Shown piece by piece: positions 46,237 through 56,742 of a DNA stretch of 64,000 nucleotides. The number at the start of each line of letters is the position of its first letter. Position 1 is the stretch's first letter. Origin of the DNA: Escherichia coli (GTDB taxonomy: Bacteria; Pseudomonadota; Gammaproteobacteria; Enterobacterales; Enterobacteriaceae); NCBI RefSeq assembly GCF_013315695.1, contig NZ_CP054353.1. One strand, given 5' to 3'. Below the pieces are notes generated by a model. The model made no database searches, was not told where the DNA came from, and worked only from the letters and a program-made list of their open reading frames with translations. The translations under genes were made by a program, and so were the position numbers.

Positions 46237-48303
46237 ATGGCAGCAGTAAAAATCTCAGGTGTGCTGAAAGATGGTGCGGGAAAACCAATACAGAACTGCA
46301 CTATTCAACTGAAGGCAAAGCGTAACAGCACCACGGTACTGGTGAACACGGTGGCCTCTGAAAATCCGGATGAAGCCGGGCGTTACAGCATGGATGTTGA
46401 GTATGGCCAGTACAGCGTCACCCTGCTGGTTGAAGGTTTTCCACCTTCACATGCCGGGACCATTACCGTCTATGAAGGTTCCAGACCAGGTACGCTGAAT
46501 GATTTTCTCGGTGCCATGACGGAGGATGATGTTCGTCCGGAGGCACTGCGCCGTTTTGAGCTGATGGTGAATGAAGTGGCACGTCATGCCGGAGCGTCAT
46601 CACAGAGTGCAGCGGCGGCAAAGAAATCCGAAACGGCAGCAGCCTCATCGAAGAATGCGGCGAAAACCTCAGAAACGAATGCAGCTAACAGCGCACAGGC
46701 GGCAGCGGCCTCGCAGACTGCATCGGCAAACTCCGCGACAGCAGCCAAAAAATCAGAAACCAGCGCGAAAAATAGCGAGACAGCCACAAAGGCCAGCGAA
46801 AAAAACGCAAAATCCAGCCAGACGGCAGCGAAAACCAGTGAGACGAATGCCAAAGACAGTGAAGCCAACGCAAAGGTGAGCGAAACAGCGGCGGCGAACT
46901 CGGCGAAAGCATCGGCAGCAAGCCAGACGGCAGCAAAAGCAAGTGAAGATGCTGCCAGAGAATACGCAAACCAGACAGCAGAGCCGTACAGATATGTTTT
47001 ACAGCCGCTGCCGGATGTGTGGATACCCTTTAATGATTCGCTGGATATGATTACGGGCTATTCTCCGGGTTATAAAAAAGTGAAGATTGGTGATAATGTG
47101 GTTCAGGTTGCCAGTGATAAACAGGTTAATTTCAGTCGCGCATCAACGGCAACATATATCAACAAATCTGGCGAACTGAAAACGGCGGAAATTAATGAGC
47201 CACGATTTGAGTGTGATGGCCTGCTTATTGAGGGGCAAAGAACGAACTTCTTCCCGAACAGTACAGACCCTTCGAAGTGGAATAAGTCAACTTCACTGGA
47301 CGTTACAGAAACAGGCACAGATAGTTTCGGGTTTAATTATGGCCGGTTTGTCGTACAGGATTCGATTGTTGGTACAAGTAAAGCGCATACCATTATCGGA
47401 CTGTATTCGAGTACCGGAGGGGTTGATACTTCAGGGGACGAAAAGCATGTAACTATATCCTGTCGGGTAAAAAGTGAAGTTGATAATATCGCCGTTCGTA
47501 TTTTATTTGAACATTATGATGGGGAGGTAAGGACATCAATAGGAGCAGCAAACCTGAACCTTACCACCCGCATAATTAGCAAGACAGGTCAGACAAGCCG
47601 TGTTACAGCAAGGTCTGTTAAGGATGATGCAACTGGCTGGATATTTTTTGAGGCTACATTAAAAGCAGATACAACAGAAAATACGGTTGGTGGTTTTGTC
47701 CAGTATTCTCCGGATACAGGGCAGATGGTTGCATCAGGGGATTATCTCGATGTAACCACTCCACAGATTGAGGCTGGTACAGGCGCATCATCTTTTATTG
47801 TTACGGGGACGGCACCGGTAACGCGGGCAAGCGATATGGTTACAGTTCCGATTAAGAATAATCTTTATAATCTTCCTTTTACGGTTCTTTGTGAGGTACA
47901 TAAGAACTGGTATAAAACGCCAAATGCAGCACCGCGTGTTTTTGACACATACCGGCATCAGGCAGATGCGGGGATCGTAATGGGGTTTGGTTCATCAGGT
48001 GGGTACGACGGTTTTCCGTATTGCGATATAGGTGGTTCAGACCGACGAATAAATGAAAATGCCGGGCTGGAAAAAATGCTTATTGGTATGCGGGTAAAGT
48101 CCGAACGGTCCACATGTGTAGTCAGTAACGGTAAGTTAAGCAGCGAAACTAAAACCAAATGGGAATATATCCGGAGTACAGCAACCATTCGCATTGGTGG
48201 ACAAACTACAGCAGGATTACGCCATTTATTTGGGCATGTGAGGAATTTTCGTCTCTGGCATAAAGAGCTAACAGATGCGCAGCTTGGGGAGGTTGTGGAG
48301 TGA
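46237..48303 (+). CDS. stf: Side tail fiber Stf: lambda-Stf-like N-terminus, Ala/Ser/Thr-rich repeat stalk, divergent C-terminal receptor-binding region
   Basis: MAVKISGVLKDGAGKPIQNCTIQLKAKRNSTTVLVNTVASENPDEAGRYSMDVEYGQYSVTLLVEGFPPSHAGTITVYEG...; ATG chosen 6 nt after the ORF-track GTG. Confidence 0.85.
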   Translation: MAAVKISGVLKDGAGKPIQNCTIQLKAKRNSTTVLVNTVASENPDEAGRYSMDVEYGQYSVTLLVEGFPPSHAGTITVYEGSRPGTLNDFLGAMTEDDVRPEALRRFELMVNEVARHAGASSQSAAAAKKSETAAASSKNAAKTSETNAANSAQAAAASQTASANSATAAKKSETSAKNSETATKASEKNAKSSQTAAKTSETNAKDSEANAKVSETAAANSAKASAASQTAAKASEDAAREYANQTAEPYRYVLQPLPDVWIPFNDSLDMITGYSPGYKKVKIGDNVVQVASDKQVNFSRASTATYINKSGELKTAEINEPRFECDGLLIEGQRTNFFPNSTDPSKWNKSTSLDVTETGTDSFGFNYGRFVVQDSIVGTSKAHTIIGLYSSTGGVDTSGDEKHVTISCRVKSEVDNIAVRILFEHYDGEVRTSIGAANLNLTTRIISKTGQTSRVTARSVKDDATGWIFFEATLKADTTENTVGGFVQYSPDTGQMVASGDYLDVTTPQIEAGTGASSFIVTGTAPVTRASDMVTVPIKNNLYNLPFTVLCEVHKNWYKTPNAAPRVFDTYRHQADAGIVMGFGSSGGYDGFPYCDIGGSDRRINENAGLEKMLIGMRVKSERSTCVVSNGKLSSETKTKWEYIRSTATIRIGGQTTAGLRHLFGHVRNFRLWHKELTDAQLGEVVE

Positions 48304-48578
48304 GAGATTTCACGTTGCGTTTCAGTGATAAAGCAGATTTCAGGGCATTTCTCAGGAAACTTAACTGGGAAGAGGACGAAGAGCTGCAGAATGCCGTTCT
48401 GGTTGATGAGATTGGTTTTACGTTCAGGGAGACAGATGTTTCTGATGACGGAGAACCAGAATACACGCGAAACGAAGGGTACTTTGTTAATATCCGTCTT
48501 CTTGACGATGGATTTGATGATTCCGTGTTCCGTGAGTGGGTGGTTACACCAGAGCGCCCGCTCAGGGAGTGGTTTTAA
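48300..48578 (+). CDS. Hypothetical acidic protein downstream of stf (tail fiber assembly/chaperone position), GTG start
   Basis: GTG overlaps the stf stop (GTGA); 92 aa; not lambda-Tfa-like. Confidence 0.45.
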   Translation: MRDFTLRFSDKADFRAFLRKLNWEEDEELQNAVLVDEIGFTFRETDVSDDGEPEYTRNEGYFVNIRLLDDGFDDSVFREWVVTPERPLREWF

Positions 48579-48587
48579 GGATAGCAG

Positions 48588-48875
48588 ATGGATATCACGT
48601 CGATACTTCATGCGCTTTGTGCCGTAGCGGTGCAGGTACTGGCTGGTCTTTTTACCGGAAACTGGGCTTACGGTGCGATAGCCGGTTGTACGTTCTTCAT
48701 TGCGCGTGAACACACCCAGGCAGAATATCGCTGGATTGAAATGTTTGGGCATGGCAAGAGGATTAACATGCCGTGGTGGGGCGGTTTTGATCCGCGCGTG
48801 TGGGATGTGGCAAGCCTGATGGATTTTGCTGTGCCGGTGGTGGCGTGTCTGCTGATCTGGATGTTGATCCGTTAA
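48588..48875 (+). CDS. Hypothetical membrane protein, 95 aa, last prophage gene before attR
   Basis: MDITSILHALCAVAVQVLAGLFTGNWAYGAIAGCTFFIAREH...; two or three hydrophobic segments. Confidence 0.5.
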   Translation: MDITSILHALCAVAVQVLAGLFTGNWAYGAIAGCTFFIAREHTQAEYRWIEMFGHGKRINMPWWGGFDPRVWDVASLMDFAVPVVACLLIWMLIR

Positions 48876-49112
48876 ATATAAAAAGTAAAAAGCCGCAGTA
48901 ACTTGTCATGACAGGATACTGCGGCTGGCTGGTTAACTTTCGATAGTGCGAGTATTGAATGATTTCCAGCTGTTACTGATTTTATATAACTGCAGTGGAA
49001 TTATTCAACACACAGGCAAAACGGAATAAGCTGAGAAAAAAAGCGTGCTTTCCCAATCTGGGGTAAATCACATCTGAATGACACCTGAAAACAGGTGGTG
49101 GCCTCAAGAAGG

Positions 49113-49185
49113 CTTGGAATATTCTTCTTTAATGTTATGTAATTTATTGATTTTTCGTGTACGATTTTAAGACATTTATTCCAAG
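49113..49185. repeat. CTTGGAATAT arm-type motif copies flanking attR (one direct, one inverted)
   Basis: cttggaatat at 49113-49122 and attccaag at 49178-49185; same motif as 1882-1914. Confidence 0.45.
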
Positions 49186-49224
49186 AAAAATTTTTAACTC
49201 TTTGATTTTTCGACTCTGTATCAT

Positions 49225-49286
49225 CGGTCTCGAAAACCGGAGTAGGGGCAACTCTACCGGGGGTTCAAATCCCCCTCTCTCCGCCA
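49225..49286. other. attR core: displaced original 3' part of serU
   Basis: CGGTCTCGAAAACCGGAGTAGGGGCAACTCTACCGGGGGTTCAAATCCCCCTCTCTCCGCCA, no 5' half of the tRNA upstream. Confidence 0.85.
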
Positions 49287-49830
49287 CTTTATCAATGACT
49301 TATCTCCCGACTTCCCGCCTTGCTTTTCCTAAACAGAACAATCGTAGAATATTCTTGAAGGGTTAGATCGTCACTGTTTTCTGTTCGATACTGTGACATT
49401 CAGCACTTGATTCGCTATGGAGCTGACAGGAAGGTTTCGAGCGAAAATCTACAGTTATTCAGTCGTTTTCTTATCGATCACCATTATTCTTTTAGACATT
49501 GATCCTATGAAACTGCCGCAAAGTTGCTGGCGGGAACTGAAGTTGCGTAGAGAAGGGGTCAATAATTGAGCCAAAAAAGGAACGCGGCCGTCAGATTAAA
49601 GCCGCGGGACAAAGTCCATAATTTCCAAGAGTTGTTGAATTTCCCAGCTTTTTTGAAAGCCTTTGTATTATACTAACAAGTAAAAAAGGTTTAAACACCA
49701 AAATTAACCTATATTTCTGGTTAGCTTTACCATGACAGATGACTTGCTCCTGGAAACATTTGCGCTGCCAGTCTGTATGGCTGAGTTGTGTATTTATTGT
49801 TCGCCTTTTTCGCAGTTTTTTTCTACAGAC

Positions 49831-49867
49831 ATAATAAAAAAGACACGACTCAAGTATGAGCGTGTCT
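49831..49867 (-). terminator. Intrinsic terminator of zinT
   Basis: Reverse strand agacacgctcatacttgagtcgtgtct hairpin followed by tttttatt. Confidence 0.7.
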
Positions 49868-49955
49868 GAGTTTGTCTTACTTATTTGTCTTGGTAAATTA
49901 TTGTTGTTACTACCAGGCACTGTTCTGTTAAATAACTGAAGTCAGCGCAAAAAAA

Positions 49956-50606
49956 TCAATGAGACATCATCTCCTCGACCACTTCTTCGCTACTCAACTG
50001 ATAGGGATAATACGTTGGCCAGTTTTCCATTTCATTCAATAAAGATTGCTGGGAATCATTACCCATAAAAATGTGAAAATGAGATGATTTTCGTGGTGCA
50101 ATTATATGATCGCTAAATTGTATATATTTAGGGGCTTTGCTTTCAGGATCTTTACATTCGAATAAGTAACGAACGCCTTTCTTGCCTGATTTATAGGTGA
50201 GTATTTTGTATCCATCGTAATCATATTTACAGGATGTTGTTTCATTATTTCTATGGAATTCGACAATGCCGTCCTCAATGCCAATCATTTCGATATCTGT
50301 CGCATAACCTTTGCGATAATAATCTTTAATTTCAGCAAATGGTTTGGTTTTATCTGCATCCGCTTTCTTCTGAAAGACGGGATCAAGTTTGCCACTTTGC
50401 AGTAAAGGGTAAACGGATTGCCAGACTCCATCCCAGTCACTGAGCGTTCGGTTTTGTACATTGGTATCATCAAAAACACCATTAGCAGCTTTTTGTTCGA
50501 CCTCTGTTAAGGGTTTGCCGTGTGAGTGATGACCATGCGAAAAGGCAGGAGCGCTAACAATAAAGACACCTAAAGCAACAGCCAGTTTATGAAGACGAAT
50601 CGCCAA
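49956..50606 (-). CDS. zinT: Zinc/cadmium-binding periplasmic protein ZinT (YodA)
   Basis: 216 aa; signal peptide then HGHHSHG His-rich motif. Confidence 0.9.
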   Translation of the reverse strand: MAIRLHKLAVALGVFIVSAPAFSHGHHSHGKPLTEVEQKAANGVFDDTNVQNRTLSDWDGVWQSVYPLLQSGKLDPVFQKKADADKTKPFAEIKDYYRKGYATDIEMIGIEDGIVEFHRNNETTSCKYDYDGYKILTYKSGKKGVRYLFECKDPESKAPKYIQFSDHIIAPRKSSHFHIFMGNDSQQSLLNEMENWPTYYPYQLSSEEVVEEMMSH

Positions 50607-50863
50607 AACAATTTCCTCCAGAGTTAATGTACATGATGTGTAATGTTATATTGTAACATATGAAAAAATGCAACAACTCATTAGGAAATGAGAGCATGGT
50701 ATTCTCAGGTGTATTTAACTATCTTATTGAAATAAAATAAATTATTCTGGTGATGAAAGGTTGATGACAAACGAAACATAACTTGATGCGATCTGTGTGG
50801 GCCGGATAGGGCGCTCGCGCCGCATCCGGCCGGGATAACGCGAAGTTTGTCGGCAATATGAAG

Positions 50864-51499
50864 TTATAGAGATAATTTGTTGTGGGCCTGCTTGCGTAAC
50901 CGGTTGAAAAGGGAAAGCAACTTCTTATACCGTAAGGCTAAAAGCAGTACAGCCAGCCCAGCGTAGATGAGTGGCTGCGGTGAAATAATCTTCACTGACC
51001 ACAGATAATGTATTGGGGCCAGGATCGCGACAAGATAGACGAAGTTATGCAACTGTTGCCAGTGTTTGCCGAGTTTTCGCTGCATCGACTGGGTTGAAGT
51101 GAACGCTAAAGCAAGCAAAATAACCCAGCTGATAATTCCTAACGTTAAATAAGGCCGGGTAATTAACTCCTTACCTAATAACGCCAGATTATTCACGCCC
51201 AACTCCAGCAATGCGTAACTGGTTAAATGCAGTGTCGCCCAGGCAAAGCACCATAAGCCTAACAGGCGGCGAGTGCGTATCAATAACGGCTGTTTTGCGT
51301 AGCGTGCCAGAGGTGTGATTAACAAGGCCGCAAGCAAAAATTTCAGTGCAGTGCGACCGGTAAAATGCTGAATATCTTTCACCGGATCGGCACCTAGTCC
51401 ACCGTGATTGATCGCCCAGACCAGCCAGAGAAACGGCAACAATCCGGCAAGATGCAGGCAAACTTTCAGCCATATCACCTGCTTTGCTGTCAGACGCAT
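50864..51499 (-). CDS. msrQ: MsrQ (YedZ), heme-binding membrane subunit of the MsrPQ system
   Basis: 211 aa polytopic membrane protein, [28 protein letters not shown]... Confidence 0.9.
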   Translation of the reverse strand: MRLTAKQVIWLKVCLHLAGLLPFLWLVWAINHGGLGADPVKDIQHFTGRTALKFLLAALLITPLARYAKQPLLIRTRRLLGLWCFAWATLHLTSYALLELGVNNLALLGKELITRPYLTLGIISWVILLALAFTSTQSMQRKLGKHWQQLHNFVYLVAILAPIHYLWSVKIISPQPLIYAGLAVLLLALRYKKLLSLFNRLRKQAHNKLSL

Positions 51500-52510
<1,011 letters not shown>

Positions 52511-52612
52511 TCACACTTTTTTGTCGTTAGCCAACAAGAGCCGTTTACTGTTAATCTGTCAGGGAGTCACCTCCCTAACAGTAGCAGAGATCAGCTTTTA
52601 CATATTTACGCA

Positions 52613-53026
52613 TTAACTGCCACGATAGGTTGAATACCCATATTGGCTGAGTAATAAAGGCACATGATAATGCTCGTTCACTTTATTAATATGAAATTCA
52701 ACGGGGATCTCAGGGAAGAAACTTTCAAGATTTTGTTTCTTGAAATAGTCTCCGGTTTTAAATACGACACGGTAATCGCCAGTAGTCGCAGTTTGCTCGG
52801 GCCACAGTGCCTTAATTCGTCCATCCTTATCTGTTTTGGCGGTATTAAGTTGTAACCAGCCGTTATCCGCTTTCTTTTCAAGAGTGACTGTCACGTCGGC
52901 AGCGGGTTTTCCTGTTTGCTGGTTCAAAATGTGCACGCTAAGAATGTTTTGTTGTGCGGCATAAACCAAAGAAGGTAATGAAAATGCTGCCGTTGCTACC
53001 GAGAGTACTAAATAACGCTTTAACAT
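52613..53026 (-). CDS. hiuH: 5-hydroxyisourate hydrolase (transthyretin-like) HiuH/YedX
   Basis: 137 aa, signal peptide, C-terminal YRGS. Confidence 0.85.
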   Translation of the reverse strand: MLKRYLVLSVATAAFSLPSLVYAAQQNILSVHILNQQTGKPAADVTVTLEKKADNGWLQLNTAKTDKDGRIKALWPEQTATTGDYRVVFKTGDYFKKQNLESFFPEIPVEFHINKVNEHYHVPLLLSQYGYSTYRGS

Positions 53027-53158
53027 GTTTATATCCTTGTCATGTGAATGAGTTTTGAGGATAGCGAAAAAACGTCCAGGGTAACCTTACAGCAGCATTA
53101 CAATTTTGTAATGAACCAGGTTGTTTCTATAACATATGATTTATGGCATATTATTTTC

Positions 53159-53830
53159 ATGAAGATTCTACTTATTGAAGATAATCAAAGGACCCAGGAA
53201 TGGGTAACGCAGGGGCTTTCCGAAGCGGGTTATGTCATTGATGCCGTTTCTGATGGCAGAGATGGGCTTTATCTTGCGCTGAAGGATGATTATGCATTGA
53301 TCATTCTGGATATTATGCTTCCGGGTATGGATGGCTGGCAGATCTTACAAACGTTAAGAACGGCAAAGCAAACTCCTGTTATTTGCCTTACAGCAAGGGA
53401 TTCTGTCGATGACAGAGTCAGAGGGCTGGACAGTGGAGCAAATGATTATCTGGTAAAACCTTTTTCATTTTCTGAGTTGCTGGCAAGGGTTCGGGCACAA
53501 TTAAGGCAACATCACGCTTTGAATTCAACATTAGAAATCAGTGGCTTAAAAATGGACTCTGTCAGTCAAAGTGTGAGCAGGGACAATATCAGTATTACAC
53601 TGACGCGCAAGGAGTTTCAGTTACTTTGGCTACTGGCCTCCAGAGCTGGCGAGATTATACCCAGAACGGTTATTGCGAGTGAAATTTGGGGAATCAACTT
53701 TGATAGTGAGACCAATACGGTGGATGTCGCCATTCGCAGGCTCCGCGCAAAAGTTGATGATCCTTTTCCTGAAAAGCTAATCGCCACAATCCGGGGGATG
53801 GGCTATTCATTCGTAGCGGTAAAAAAATAA
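53159..53830 (+). CDS. hprR: Two-component response regulator HprR (YedW)
   Basis: MKILLIEDNQRTQEWVTQGLSEAGY..., OmpR-family winged-helix C-terminus. Confidence 0.85.
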   Translation: MKILLIEDNQRTQEWVTQGLSEAGYVIDAVSDGRDGLYLALKDDYALIILDIMLPGMDGWQILQTLRTAKQTPVICLTARDSVDDRVRGLDSGANDYLVKPFSFSELLARVRAQLRQHHALNSTLEISGLKMDSVSQSVSRDNISITLTRKEFQLLWLLASRAGEIIPRTVIASEIWGINFDSETNTVDVAIRRLRAKVDDPFPEKLIATIRGMGYSFVAVKK

Positions 53831-55188
53831 TGAAAAGATTATCTATAACCGTCCGTTTAACCTTGCTTTTTATATTGCTGCTGTCTGTTGCTGGCGCTGG
53901 AATTGTATGGACTCTCTATAATGGCCTGGCAAGTGAGTTGAAATGGCGCGATGATACAACACTCATTAACCGGACAGCGCAGATCAAGCAGTTGTTAATT
54001 GATGGGGTAAATCCAGATACGTTACCTGTGTACTTTAACCGGATGATGGATGTTAGTCAGGATATTTTGATCATTCATGGTGATGGCATCAATAAAATTG
54101 TTAACCGGACAAATGTCAGTGATGACATGTTAAATAACATACCTGCTAGTGAGACAATCAGCGCAGCAGGCATTTACAGAAGCATTATTAATGATACAGA
54201 GATAGATGCTTTACGAATTAACATTGATGAAGTTTCGCCATCATTAACGGTTACTGTGGCTAAATTGGCTTCAGCCAGACATAATATGCTTGAACAGTAT
54301 AAAATTAATAGCATTATAATTTGCATTGTCGCCATTATATTGTGCTCAGTATTAAGTCCGTTGTTAATCAGGACGGGGTTGCGAGAGATCAAAAAGTTGA
54401 GTGGCGTAACGGAAGCGCTGAATTATAACGATAGCCGAGTGCCGGTTGAGGTTAGCGCATTACCGAGAGAACTAAAACCTCTTGGGCAGGCGTTGAATAA
54501 AATGCATCATGCTTTAGTCAAAGATTTTGAGCGCCTTAGTCAATTTGCTGACGATCTCGCTCATGAACTTAGAACGCCAATTAATGCATTACTGGGTCAG
54601 AATCAGGTTACGCTCAGTCAAATCAGAAGTATCGCTGAATATCAAAAAACAATTGCCGGAAACATTGAAGAGCTGGAAAATATTTCGCGGTTAACAGAGA
54701 ATATACTGTTTCTTGCCAGGGCAGACAAAAACAATGTTTTGGTGAAACTGGATGCGCTTTCTCTCAATAAGGAAGTTGAAAATCTTTTGGACTATCTTGA
54801 ATATCTTTCAGACGAGAAAGAGATTCGTTTTAAGGTCGAGTGCAATCAACAAATCTTTGCGGATAAAATTTTACTGCAACGAATGTTATCGAATCTTATT
54901 GTTAACGCCATTCGATATTCACCAGAAAAATCGCGTATTCATATAACCAGTTTTCTTGATGCCAACGGTTCTCTTAATATTGATATCGCCAGTCCTGGAA
55001 CGAAAATTAATGAGCCTGAAAAACTCTTCCGTAGATTTTGGCGGGGAGATAATTCGCGTCATTCCGTAGGTCAGGGACTTGGCCTTTCTTTAGTCAAAGC
55101 GATTGCCGAATTACATGGAGGAAGTGCTACGTATCACTATCTCAGTAAGCATAACGTGTTCCGAATTACGTTACCGCAAAGAAATTAA
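53830..55188 (+). CDS. hprS: Sensor histidine kinase HprS (YedV)
   Basis: 452 aa, two TM segments, H-box ...ELRTPINALLGQ..., ATPase domain; start overlaps hprR stop. Confidence 0.85.
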   Translation: MKRLSITVRLTLLFILLLSVAGAGIVWTLYNGLASELKWRDDTTLINRTAQIKQLLIDGVNPDTLPVYFNRMMDVSQDILIIHGDGINKIVNRTNVSDDMLNNIPASETISAAGIYRSIINDTEIDALRINIDEVSPSLTVTVAKLASARHNMLEQYKINSIIICIVAIILCSVLSPLLIRTGLREIKKLSGVTEALNYNDSRVPVEVSALPRELKPLGQALNKMHHALVKDFERLSQFADDLAHELRTPINALLGQNQVTLSQIRSIAEYQKTIAGNIEELENISRLTENILFLARADKNNVLVKLDALSLNKEVENLLDYLEYLSDEKEIRFKVECNQQIFADKILLQRMLSNLIVNAIRYSPEKSRIHITSFLDANGSLNIDIASPGTKINEPEKLFRRFWRGDNSRHSVGQGLGLSLVKAIAELHGGSATYHYLSKHNVFRITLPQRN

Positions 55189-55295
55189 CATCGGGCTTCA
55201 GTACGCCATAAGTTAACCGTGAAAAAACGCAGCCACGTCGTGAGTATTAACGTGGCTGCGATTGATTATGCGCTTACATCACAATGTAACAGGGA

Positions 55296-56147
55296 TTAAC
55301 TCGCGTAAGCTGCCAGCATTTCCTGCGCCGCCAGTTTACCCAACGCATTCGCTGCAAAAGGACTGTCGCCGGTGAGAAGTTTACGGTCCTTATGTACTCG
55401 CCCGGTGATGTCGTCATTAATGATGTTCATGCCCATTTTCTTCAACTCTTCGCCGAAGTACCAGGTGAGATGACCCGGCATATAGCCAATATCTGGCGTT
55501 TGTTTGTCTGCGGCGTCTGGGAATGCGCAAATAGAATAACCATTCAGTGGGTTATCGCTGTGGCGAAGTGCCAGAAAAGCCGCCGGACCGTGGCAAAGGG
55601 AGATAACAAAACGGTCATTTTTGATTGCCCACTGTAAAGCGGCAGCCACGTCCTGGCTTTCTGGTAAACCAATAAGTGCGCCATGCCCACCAGGAACAAA
55701 GATTGCTGCATATTCGCTATCAGCGTTGAGGCTGGCGACAACATCCGCGAGTTTCTTCGGATTACGGAATAACGATTTATGCTGTTCAAAGAATGGCATT
55801 ACTTTTTCATCTTTGTGCGGCATAGCCCAGTATTCAAACTTGGTCATCAGACCGGAAATGGTCGCCACTTCGAATTCGAAACCTGCAGCATGGAGATGAT
55901 ACAACGGCAGCAACGTTTCAATCGGATGGTTACCGGTCGAGAACAGTTTTCCGTTATCGGTCGGCAAATAACGTTCGTCCGCGGCGATCACCAGAATTTT
56001 ATGTTTACCGCGATACGGTTTTGGATAGTCCACGCCATCAAGATCAGAGACGGGACTCGTATATTGGCTAAGCGAATATTCTGAAGGGAAGAACGCATTA
56101 TCTTCAGCAATATCGACCTGCGGGTTTTTACTTGTTTGAACAGTCAT
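55296..56147 (-). CDS. hchA: Hsp31 / glyoxalase III HchA
   Basis: 283 aa, MTVQTSKNPQVDIAEDNAFFPSEYSLSQYTSPVSDLDG... Confidence 0.9.
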   Translation of the reverse strand: MTVQTSKNPQVDIAEDNAFFPSEYSLSQYTSPVSDLDGVDYPKPYRGKHKILVIAADERYLPTDNGKLFSTGNHPIETLLPLYHLHAAGFEFEVATISGLMTKFEYWAMPHKDEKVMPFFEQHKSLFRNPKKLADVVASLNADSEYAAIFVPGGHGALIGLPESQDVAAALQWAIKNDRFVISLCHGPAAFLALRHSDNPLNGYSICAFPDAADKQTPDIGYMPGHLTWYFGEELKKMGMNIINDDITGRVHKDRKLLTGDSPFAANALGKLAAQEMLAAYAS

Positions 56148-56742
56148 AGTGTATTCCTTATTGTTGCTTAGTTAGGGTAGTCACTATATTTGCGACTGAG
56201 CTGGTCGCTATTTTTAACCAGGCTGAAAAATTGAGTCAATATATCGAAAGCGGTAGTTGGCGGGCATAAGTATGTAATGATGATGCTGCACTGGTGTTGA
56301 ATATTATTCACGCCAAACTTTCCTTATTGAGTAACGTCGTCGCAAGTGGCCTCAATGATTTTAGACCATTATCAGAGGTTTGGGGGCGATGGGGAGAGAT
56401 TTAGTGCTGTGGAATGTTGTGGTACTGATGAATATTTATATCCCGGATTGGTAGGGAAAAAGCTTTTTTCATGCACTATTTTTGCAAATATTTCTATATG
56501 GGAAGCGGTTTTGTTACAGATTAAATTTATAAAGAAATGCATTTGGGGTGTTGGCTGGAAGAGTTGCTGGTAGAGGATATTGTGCCAGGAGGGGCAGGGT
56601 AAGTGGCTGTATCGAGATGCTTTGGCAATTGCGTGTGCCGCAGATGGAGATGAAATGCCAATAAAAAAAGCCTGAGTTCGATGAGGGACGAACTCAGGCT
56701 GGTGTTATGTTTTACAGTAACACGCCTCGGCGCGTTGGCTGA

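Noticed and set aside
46571-46969. Arg/Pro-rich ORFs in alternative frames of the stf repeat region
   Set aside because: Products of the repetitive GCA/GCC-rich stalk read out of frame; the Stf frame is the one continuous with lambda-like N-terminal sequence.
49591-49920. 109-aa reverse-strand ORF between attR and zinT, considered as a possible yodB
   Set aside because: AT-rich, hydrophilic and low-complexity, unlike a cytochrome b561-type membrane protein; overlaps the zinT terminator hairpin.
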